The notes beneath the pieces are model-generated. The model was not told the DNA's origin. It did not search any database and saw nothing but the letters and a program-made list of their open reading frames with translations. The position numbers were made by a program, and so were the translations under genes. Below are positions 41,190 through 51,470 of a stretch of 64,000 bases of DNA, piece after piece. Numbering within the stretch: position 1 is the stretch's first letter; every line of letters starts with the position of its first letter. The stretch is taken from contig OZ024743.1 in assembly GCA_964016885.1 (NCBI GenBank), forward strand, positions 106,826,001-106,890,000, given 5' to 3'. Source of the DNA: Eledone cirrhosa. Lineage: Eukaryota.

Positions 41190-42068
41190 TTTTCATACTT
41201 AGGGAGGGGTCTTGTTTCCCAATAAAAACACAGACACCTGTCGATTTTCCCTTCAATTTATTATACAATTCCTTTTGGTTGGCTGGCTGGTTGGTTCGAT
41301 AACCGGAAGGTTGTTCGTATATTGTTAAAGCCCTTTTGGCATACATTCTGTGACCTCTCCATTGGCTAACTTTTTATTTCGTGTCTCTCTCCTTTGTTCT
41401 GCCATACACCATTTGTTTTTGTGTGTAGTGTGCTTAGTTTGCGCATGCGTTACATCCTGGTGTGTGTTTGTGTTTTTATTTATTTATGTGCTTATGTATT
41501 TGTCACTAGTTGGTTCGTTGGTTGTTCTATCTGTATGCGTCTGATTTGTCGTGTTAGTTTGGTTTTGTGTGTGTCTGTATGTCTGCATTTTGTACTTAAT
41601 TATTAGTTGTGATGCTGCTATTCCATTCATATTTTCTGAGTTCGTTTATATTATATTTGTTGCCTCTGTGATTTGACTGAGTATTTGATCTTTTCTCTGT
41701 GTGGATATAATTTTTATCTCTATGTTCTCTAATGTGCCCCTATGTTCTATTTTGGCATGTTGGTGGAGTACTGATGAGTCTTTCCCTTCCTGGAGTTCTC
41801 GCCAATGTTCACTTATCCTTTCTCCTATGCTACGGACTGTTTCACCTATGTATGTTATATTCTTATTCCTAAACTGTCCCTCAGTACATCTTATGCTATA
41901 TACTACATTTCTAGTTTTGTAATTAATTTGTGGGCTTACCTTGCAGACTATGCATCTCCTATCAGCAAAGGGGGATCCTTTCACCAACCAACCGGAAATT
42001 CATAATAAATTGAAGGGAAAACCAACAGCTGCGTGTGTTTTTATTGGCAACATGTCTCTCCTAAAGTA

Positions 42069-42072
<4 letters not shown>
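41190..42072 (-). mobile_element. Penelope-like 3' fragment (GIY-YIG) with inverted terminal piece
   Basis: ORF 41646-41987 (NVVYSIRC..TYIGETVRSIGERISEH) is related to 48115-48678. 41985-42072 is an inverted copy of the 3' end at 41190-41295. Confidence 0.85.
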
Positions 42073-42124
<52 letters not shown>

Positions 42125-42829
42125 CGGAAATAAAAGACCATGTGACCTCTGCGCCGCTGAGGAAATACTCTGGAAATACTCTACGCCAAGGACCACCACA
42201 TGTTAAACAAAACATCTGAGGCAGGCAATTTCGGCTTGTAAACATAAATTGCACAAACCTTTCCTGTATTACAGCACCACATTATACCCTAACGGATAGT
42301 ACGAACTATACGCGGATATTTTACGTCTTGAAGTTATAGATAAGTATATGTTATGTTTATACCATTACTTATTTGTATAGGTAAGTATACATTACCTGTA
42401 CGTTTTGTGAAGGTACGTATACTTTCTCGTACGTATATTTGCTTGTATATGTTATGGCGTATATATTATATATTCTGGTACATATGCATTTGGTTATGTG
42501 TATACGCGAGATTTGCGTCTGTGTGAGTGTGCGGGTTCGTACGTATGTAGGGTGTGTCTATATGTGTACTTTGTATTTTACTCGACGTACGTCTGCGAAC
42601 ATATGTGTATTTACATGTAGGTATTGTGTGAGCGCGTTATATACGTATTTATATATGTATATACGTTTATTTAATTGTATGTATACACGCACATACACAC
42701 ACATATATATTTTTTTATGTACGTGCTTGTATTTGTATACCTATGGCGAGTGTTTTCGCGTATGCTTGGGTTTGTACGTATATGGATGCATGTATGTATT
42801 TATTTAATTTCAATTACCTCTGTATTTTA

Positions 42830-43398
42830 TTTACTTTATTCTTTACTCTGAAGCCGAGAATCATTCGGTTTCCTAGTTAGAATTTTAGTCTCCGACTTCA
42901 GTATACCATTTATTTTGTTTTGACTTTGCGTGCAATTGTTCTCACCGGTCCACATAATGACCTACTATCTTCGTTTTTTTCCGTTCATTGCCAGAGAACA
43001 TTTCCACAAACCACCTAATAGAATACTAGTCTACGACTTCTTTTATACCATAAACGTGGTTTTGTCTTTGCGTGTAATTGTTTTTCACCGCTCCAAATAA
43101 TGACGTATTATATTCGTTTTTTTCCCGTTCTTTGCCAGGGAACGTTTACACGAACAAAAGTGTCGTCTTCCGGTCTTCCTCCGGTTGCAACTTTTTTTGA
43201 AATATTCATTTCTGAGTTCACAGATTGACTTTTTTAGTTTCAGAAGATCCTGTTAAGGGTGAAATCAGAGATTATTTGCTTAAACTTTAATCTGTTATTT
43301 TAATAAATATTTGCTCTACGGTTCATATATATTTTATATATATTTATCCTTATCGAGCCCTCTTTGGATTTTTGTCTTCAAATTTATTATTATTACTA
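42830..43398 (+). mobile_element. pLTR-like repeat with ~130-bp internal subrepeats and a degenerate HHR-like motif
   Basis: Pieces recur at ~9230, 15198, ~19115, 25668, 35982 and ~41017. CAGAAGA-TCC-tgttaa-GGGT-GAAA at 43241-43264. Confidence 0.65.
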
Positions 43399-43414
43399 TA
43401 TATATATATATATA

Positions 43415-44978
43415 CATAATCGGAGAAAGCTAATAGCGATACTCCGGCCAAATTCCAACTCACTCAACAAACATTAGGAAATACCTGAGTATATTCCTAA
43501 TTAAACGTTCGGGGTGCTAACTAATTGTATTGTGTGGAAAATTGGCTGTATCATTTCAAATGAGATATATCAAATATATCACTTCCCAGATTTCTACAAG
43601 TTGGGTGAAATTATTCCAATTTATGTAGAAGCTTGTATAAGATCAACAGTTACTTATTCAAGTGGGCTCTTATAATTCTTCAGTGGGTGCCCAATAATAT
43701 TAATATTGATAACCAAATCAACATCAATATTTAGCGATAATCACCATCAGTGCTTGAGGGAGCTGCTAGGTTGTTAGTCCAGCAGTTCTAAAGAAAATCT
43801 CACACTGTCTCAAAAATAGGAGGAAGGAGACTACCGCGAAAAAACAATACATGCGCAGGTCAATGAATTCTGAAAATAATTCAAGCCACGTGCTAGAACT
43901 CAATTGAATATGAAAATACAAGCACATGTGCGCACCGTTTGATGAGACACATAGATATTTTCTCGGGCAAAATAACAGAATGAGATACAAGAACAAACAA
44001 TCAATATTCATATAAAAAGGCGGTGGATTGGCAGTATCGGTAGAGGGTCGGACGCCATGCTTTCCAGCATAGTTACGTCCCTTTACGATCTGAGTTCAAA
44101 TCCCGCCGAGGTTGACTTTGCCTTTCATCCTTACGGGGTCGATAAAATAAGTACCAGTAATGAACTGGATAATTGCTGGCCTTGTGCCTAAAGTAGAAAC
44201 ATATATTCATATAAAAAAATAATCAAAGAGAGTCATACCTTATATCGGGAAAGTTCATATCTGTTGCTCCAAGAGTAAATATATAAATACATAATCGGAG
44301 AAAGCTAATAGCGATACTCCGGCCAAATTCCAACTCACTCAACAAACATTAGGAAATACCTGAGTATATTCCTAATTAAACGTTCGGGTTGCTAACTAAT
44401 TGTATTGTGTGGAAAATTGGCTGTATCATTTCATTTGAGATATATCAAATATATCTCTTCCCAGAGGACTCGTTTCACTATAAGATTTCTACAAGTTGGG
44501 TGAAATTATATCAATTTATGTAGAAGCTTGTATAAGATCAACATATACTTATTCAAGTGGGCTCTTATAATTCTTCAGTGGGTGCCCAATAATATTAATA
44601 TTGATAACCAAATCAACATCAATATTTAGCGATAATCACCATCAGTGCTTGTGGGAGCAGCTAGGTGGTTAGTCCAGCAGTTGTAAAGAAAATCTCACAC
44701 TCTCTCGAAAATAGGAGGAAGGAGACTACTGCCAAAAAACAATAGATGAGCAGATCAATTAATTCTGAAAAGAATTCAAGCCACGTGCTAGAACTCAATT
44801 GGATATGAAAGAATAACCACATGTGCGCATCGTTTGATGACACACATAGGGTATTTTCTCGGGCAAAATAATAGAATGAGATACAAGAACAAACAATCAA
44901 TATTCATATAAAAAATAATCAAAGAGAGTCATACCTTATATCGGGAAAGTTCATATCTGTTGCTCCAAGAGTAAATAT
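43415..44978 (-). mobile_element. Tandem pair of ~690-bp units with a long-stem-II hammerhead
   Basis: Units at 43415-44282 and 44290-44978. Minus-strand CCCA CTGAAGA ATTATAAGA...TCTTATAGT GAAACGAGTCCTC TGGG at 44460-44582. The GAAAC segment is deleted in the left copy. Confidence 0.7.
44019..44202 (+). mobile_element. tRNA-derived SINE with 15-bp TSD
   Basis: TSD ATATTCATATAAAAA at 44004-44018 and 44203-44217. The empty site is visible in the duplicate unit at ~44900. Confidence 0.95.
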
Positions 44979-44984
44979 ATATAT

Positions 44985-45869
44985 ATATGAATGTATATAT
45001 AGTGTATTTTGCAATACACTGTATGCTTAATTAAAAGCAGTTCGAAGACCTTACGCTATTGTTTTAGAGTAGTGACAGTCTCACAGCAAACAGGGGAGAT
45101 AAAGCTGACAGAGCTATGTTTCGTACTGATTGGTACTTATCTAAGCCAAGTACTCCACCTGTTTGCTGAAAATCATGAATGTTTGATTCTTATTGAATTA
45201 TAGTAATAATCCGGAACTGATTATACAAAAGCATTTCGAAGACCTGACCGGGGGCCGCTCTGTATAATCAGTTCCTGATTATTACTAGAATTCTATAAGA
45301 ATCAAGCATTCATGATTTTCAGCAAACAGGTGGAGTACTTGGCTTTGATAAGTACCAATCAGTACGAAACAGAGCTCTGTCAGCTTTATCTCCCCTGTTT
45401 GTTGAACATTTAAAGTAAGTGAGACTGTCCCTACTCTAAAACAATAGCGTAAGGTTTTCGAAATGCTTTAAATTAAGCATACAGTGTTTTGCAAAATACA
45501 TTATATACATTCACATATATATCGCTATTTCAGAGCAATAATTCTAATTTTCAATTTCTACCTGACCGGCAACCGCTCTGTGTAATCAGTTCCTGATTAT
45601 TACTAGAATTCTATAAGAATCAAACAATCATCATTTTCAACAAACAGGTGGAGTACTTGGCTTTGATAAGTACCAATCACTACGAAATAGACCTCTGTCA
45701 GCTTTATCTCCCCTGTTTGCTGAAAATTTAAAGTAAGTGAGACTGTCACTACTCTAAAAGAATTGCGTAAGGTCTTCGAAATGCTTTTGCAAAATACACT
45801 ATATTGCAAAATACACTATATATACATTCATATATATATATCGCTATTTCAGAGCACCAATTCTAATTA

Positions 45870-45872
<3 letters not shown>
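44985..45872. mobile_element. Retrozyme-like ~318-bp family: inverted partial unit plus about 2 direct units
   Basis: Minus arm 44985-45244; plus units start at ~45244 and 45562. HHR-like motifs at 45103-45147 (-), 45341-45385 and 45659-45703. Shares blocks with the 310-bp array. Confidence 0.8.
45341..45385 (+). ncRNA. Hammerhead ribozyme with UUGAUAA (U3-A8) core variant
   Basis: GGCT TTGATAA GTAC-caatca-GTAC GAAAC AGAGCTCT GTC AGCT. Confidence 0.75.
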
Positions 45873-45904
<32 letters not shown>

Positions 45905-46554
45905 CCGGGCATATATTTTGCTGTTATTCTACTTTGGAACTGAAAATGCATTTCAATTATTTTCTTCGGCATGATAAATTGTTAGTTATATTTCTATACC
46001 ACTGATGAAGCAAATACATTAAACTAAACAGTTGTGTCTATTAGTTACGATGGCATTTTCTGTTTACGTCATTTATTTACTAATTATTAATTGTTTGGTT
46101 ATATTAATTTAATGAATATTGATTTTGGCTTAGACAGACTTTCATAATTACTATTTCATCGATTAATAAATAGACATATTTTTGCTTGATAAAATATGTG
46201 CTAATATTTTTTATACCGTTACAAAATATTTACGCCTTTTAAAATGAAGACACTCATACGGGCATATGCATGAATTCAGATATACGGGTAGAGGTGACGG
46301 CTTCTGACGTTCTTGAATTATATTGTTTCTACTAATTATTATCATCTTTGTTTTTCACCAATTATTTACCAAATATGTCTGCAATATTACAGACTGTGTT
46401 GGCATGAATTATAGATCAATTACAGAAGATAATTTGAATTCGAGTATAGGTGTGTCTATGTGTGTACGTGTACTTTTATAAAGTTTTCTCCTGTATTTAT
46501 GTCTGTAAAGATATATACTTTCACGCGCACATCACCGCGCACACACACATGCTC

Positions 46555-46642
<88 letters not shown>

Positions 46643-46647
<5 letters not shown>

Positions 46648-47086
46648 TAAAAGGAATTCCAACTTTATCTGATTTACTCGTTTTATTTGCAATCCTTTAA
46701 AATTATAATGAGATTATAATGAAAGAGTATGGTAGAATATTAAATGTTAAGTGTTAATTGAACAAGTACTTTCATGCTTTCGCAATCTTCAGGTTCATAT
46801 TCAGTGGTGACAGTCAAATTTGCAATTTTTAACTGTGTTGAAAATTGCCAACTTGAGTGTCACCACTGAACATGAACCTGAAGATTTTGAAAGCATGAAA
46901 ATTGCAAACTTGACTCTCACCACTGAATATGAACCTGAAGATTGCGAAAGTATGAAAGTACTTGTTCAATTAACACTTAACATTTAATATTCTACCATAC
47001 TATTTAATTCTAATATCATTATAATTTCAAAGGATTGTAAATAAAATGAGTAAATCAGACAAAGTTGGTATTCCTTTTATTAATAT
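46643..47086. mobile_element. Palindromic pLTR insertion with a hammerhead in each arm
   Basis: Arms ~46643-46830 and ~46898-47086. TGAAC CTGAAGA T-TGC-gaaa-G(C/T)A-T GAAA GTACT T GTTCA at 46759-46797 (-) and 46930-46968 (+). Partial ~58-bp duplication near the centre. Confidence 0.85.
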
Positions 47087-47446
47087 AATCTTCTATGCAC
47101 AATCATACACACCCGTGTGTATATATATACATATATATATATATATTTATATGCAGTCGTTATATTTTAATTTGTTGGGATACAACAAGCTTAAAAAATG
47201 TTTATAACTGATATAATGCACTCAACAAATTATTGGAGTAAATACAATATATTAACAAATGGAAGCTCCAACCGTTAAGGTTGTCTTTTTTTCAGGGTAT
47301 GTCAATATTTATTTATAAAACTAATCTGTATTGAATTTTATATGATGAAAGCGCACCATAATTTGCCTTGGTGGCTCTTGAAATATGTATAATAATATAA
47401 ATATGGTTTTATAAATATAGTTTCCATTTTTTAATATATTGTATAT

Positions 47447-47519
<73 letters not shown>

Positions 47520-47614
47520 TCTCCTGAGCGTGAAATTAATAAACATTTATTGTACTGCCTCTCTGTTTTGTCCCTGTTCAAAAATGTTTTCATTATATAT
47601 ATATATATATACAT

Positions 47615-50525
47615 ATTGTTATACTTGGGGAGGGTCATATTTGTGTAATATTGCCAGAATTAATAACAGAACACACTCACTGTTTGGTTGGTTTTCGCTT
47701 CTCGCTTCTGTGTCTTTTATATCGGTAATCTAACTTACTCGGTCCTCAATGTTGCCATTGTCTGACCGACGGTCAAAAATAATACAGATACAATATAGAC
47801 ACAAACACATATATATAGTTTATCATAAATCTTTCGTTGCACATCTACAACATCGTCAGTGGTGCTATATTTTCCTCCTGTTGTATTGTATGTCTACGCC
47901 ATTTTTATTCAGTCTGTCTATATATTTATTTATTTATTTGTTTGTTTGTTTATTTTATTTTGTCTTCTTTGCGCATGCGTTTGCGTGTGTGTATAGTGTA
48001 TTGTTTGCTGTGTGATGGGTGACTAGTGTGTGTTTATGTGCTTGTTGTTATTGTGCTTGTGTATGTATTTATTTATTTATTTTATTTTATTTACTTATTT
48101 ATACTTCTCTTAGGTCAGTTTGGTTGGGTGTTGTTGTTATTCCATTCATTCTTTCTTTCTAGCCTTGGTCTTCTAATTTCTATTTCACTGGCCTCTCTGA
48201 TTTGCCTATCTGCTGGGTCATTTCTATGTTTAGATATTATTCTAATTTCTATGTTGTCTATGTTACCGTCATGTTGTTGTCTAGCATGTTCGTATAGTAC
48301 TGACCCGTTTTTTCGTCCTTTTAGTTCCCCCCAGTGTTGGTCTATCCTTTCACCTATGCTACGAGCTGTCTCACCTATGTATGTTGTTGTCATGTTTCTG
48401 CAAGTACCCTCTGTACATCTTATGCTATAGACTACGTTTCTAGTTTTACAGTTTATCCGGGGGTTCACCTTACATATGATACATTTCCTATTGGTACAGT
48501 GGATTTTCTTAAAAGGGTAGGTTTTGCTGATCAGGCATTTTATGGTGGTTCCTGGCTTTTTTACCACCTTTATTTTTAAGTGGGTCTTTCTCAGGGCTGT
48601 TATACACTGGTTAGCTAATTTCCCTCCAGGGGTAGCGTCCACAACATGACACTCTGGTATCTCTGGTTGGCGTACCATGAGGTGGCTTTCCCTATCTTAT
48701 GTCTAGCCCTATCTAAGCTATTCCATGATTTGCTCCTGTATAATGGGCAAATTCCTTTCATGTCCAGTTCTATGAGGGTCTTATACTTCTCCATGGCTCC
48801 TTCGTATACTCTGACTCTGTCTCTTTGGTTGTAGCCAGAGGACTGCATGCGGTTGATGAAGTGTTGGATGTGTCTTTCCATTTCTGTTGGGTCGCACATG
48901 CGGGACACATTCTTCATCACTCGTACCAAATCTGCAATCAGAATATTAAACTTAGCACTACTGGACATTGCTGAGTTTTTGAGTATCAGGTATTTGGAGG
49001 CCATGGGTTTAGCATAGTGTGAGTGGAGAATTTGGGCTCTCTCGTCTATAGTGTTAATCCAGAGTTCTGTGTCTAATACAGGTAGTCTATTGTTAGGGTG
49101 TTTGGAAGGGAAGTCGATAGTTACAGTTATACTCTGGTGTATGGAATTAGCTATCTGCTGGATGCTTTCCATCGTGCTACGTTCTAAATCAAACTTGTTA
49201 GTGCTCTCTAGTGGGGGTGTTCTTATAACTATATTGATATCGTCTACATAACGAGAGTACATGATGAGGTCTATGGAGCTCTCATTAAGGAGATCTTTAA
49301 GTCTCCTTTCCCACCATTCCATGAAAAGGTTGGCAACGTCACCAGCTATGCTGACGCCGATGGCTGCTCCCTCATTTTGGGTGTAGATCTTCTCGTTGAA
49401 CTTAAATATGTGGCCCTTTAGGGTAGTTTTGATACTAGCCCCTATTGCATGTGCGACCATTTTTCTTACCTGATCATTGTTTTGGGGGGTCCGTATAGCT
49501 TTGGTCCACCCAATCCACCTTCCCATGGGAGTCTTTTTTGCCATTGAGGTTATGGTGGGGGATCTACCTCTTATAGCTCTACTAGGGCAGAACCGTCTAA
49601 GGTCATGGCTGTCTAGGTAGTCAGTGTCGTAGGTAAGTCTAAGTAGGAGGCCCAGTTCGTCTGTGTCGACGTCGCAGAACTCCACCTCACTCTCAATGAT
49701 CATCTCCACACATCTTTTCACAGCAAAATCAATGTTAATGGATGGGTACAGTGACACCACATCCATGCTGCCTATTATGCAGTTGGATAGGTTCCTGTTT
49801 TTGTTGCACTCATTGATTCTGCTAAGGAGGTCCTCTGTACTGTCGCATACATCTGGGAACATCTTCATTATGGGGCGTATAACCATTGCGAGGAACTAGG
49901 AGATCCTGTAGTTGCTAGCTATATTAGCTCCGCATACGGGTCTTGTTGGTGGTCCTGTTGTCGGGTCGTCGACTGCCTTGTGGTCTTTGCGGAGCCCATA
50001 CAAGGGTAGTATGCCATTGTTAGACGCCTGGAAGTTGTTGGCAGTGCGTCTGCTTGGCTTTAGGATGTCAATCCACATCATCATGTGAGCGTTGAGGATT
50101 TTCTCTCTCCCATCGTGTGTTTGTTGTGCAATTTCGCTCATGTTGGTGATGTGGGGTTGCATAGCCTTGATGTAGTTCGGCATTCTATCTATTGACACCC
50201 TACCAGACTTATCCGTGGGTAGACATACTACCTCACCATCCCTTGTGCGCTGCTTGAGGCTAACCAAGCCTTCTACAGGTTTCCTCCCAAGTTGTTGGGC
50301 CTCTGGTCTGCTATGTCTCTTAGTATAACTGTCTAATATTTGTCTAATCTTATTTCTAGCTATGGTGAACTGTGCCTCTGTCTCGTCATCTATTTGTTGT
50401 GGTATGCAAACTCTTTTATTAAAGGGTAACCTCGTAGGATAGATATTACCCATCTTATATGTTTTGTCAGCTGGGTTGAAAAATAGTTTCTCTAAGGGGT
50501 TGTCATTATATCTATCGTCATAGTT
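47615..50525 (-). mobile_element. Penelope-like element (YVDD type, Cys-rich linker, C-terminal GIY-YIG), 5'-truncated
   Basis: PTDKSGR, GLRKDHK, RPVCGA, GSMDVVSLYPSI, GAAIG, YSRYVDDI, LPVLD; CTNRKCIIC..C; VVYSIRC..YIGETAR. One TAG stop (49896) and one frameshift (~48650). Degenerate HHR at 47822-47863. Confidence 0.92.
48115..50453 (-). pseudogene. PLE reverse transcriptase-GIY-YIG polyprotein, two lesions
   Basis: ORFs 49896-50453, 48615-49886 and 48115-48678 join into one RT-EN protein. Confidence 0.88.
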
Positions 50526-50834
50526 GTGTGTGTTGCTATTATTGTTATCATGGTGGTTGTTGTTGTTTCTATCATTAGCATTATTATTATTGTTAAGATT
50601 GCTAGATGTATTGTTGTTTACTTCACCGTTATTGTTGTTGTTACTGTTATTTCTACCATTGTGGTTGTTACTTTTATTATGTTTCTAGTTTTTGTTGTGT
50701 CTATCATTGATGTTGCTACATGTACTATTTCCATTATTACCACTGTGGTAATTGTTCTTGTTGTTCGTATTCTTACTGTTAATTATATATATATATATAA
50801 TTATATATCTTTCTAATTGTATTAGATATATATA

Positions 50835-50874
<40 letters not shown>

Positions 50875-50876
<2 letters not shown>

Positions 50877-51423
50877 CGGGGTAACAAATAATAGTTATAT
50901 GCAGTCCACTTAGGTGTAGTCCAGTTATGGTACTCCGGGTAGTGGATGATATCAACTCTTGGCTAAGTTTGACTCAACAAGGCGTTTCCATAGTGATGCT
51001 GCGAGTACGCTGTAATTTCTATGTTGTAAACACTTGGAGTAATAATAAATCAGGAAAGAAGAGTGACACGGTTTGCTATACAAAAAAGATTTTGAATCTC
51101 ATTGCTGACGATTGTTTCTCTGAACTGGTAGGTCTAGCGATCGCTATCCGCTTATTTTCACGTTACTCGATTGCCAATACAAAGTTATAACCAGTCAGTT
51201 CATCGGAGCTTGCGAGAATGTAGAGAATATACATGCCTATATATTCTCTTCATTCTCGCAAGCTCCGATGAACTGACTGGTTATAACTTTGTATTGGTGA
51301 TCGAGTAACGGGAAAATAAGCGGATAGCGATCTTTACACCTACCAGTTCAGAGAAACAATTGTCAGCAATGAGATTAAAAACCTTTTTTGTATAGCAAAC
51401 CGTGTCACTCTTCTTTCCTGATT

Positions 51424-51430
<7 letters not shown>
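50875..51430. mobile_element. Inverted (palindromic) pLTR insertion
   Basis: Arms ~51044-51231 and ~51240-51428; the left arm extends ~170 bp further. HHR-like GCT CCGATGA ACTG...CAGTTCAGA GAAACAATTGTC AGC in both arms. Confidence 0.85.

Positions 51431-51460
<30 letters not shown>

Positions 51461-51470
<10 letters not shown>

Noticed and set aside
45995-46055. CTGATGA core
   Set aside because: No downstream GAAA or stem III.
49887-49898. Possible selenocysteine recoding in the PLE ORF, as known for some Naiad PLEs
   Set aside because: The in-frame stop is TAG, not TGA, and is most simply a TAC/TAT-to-TAG mutation.
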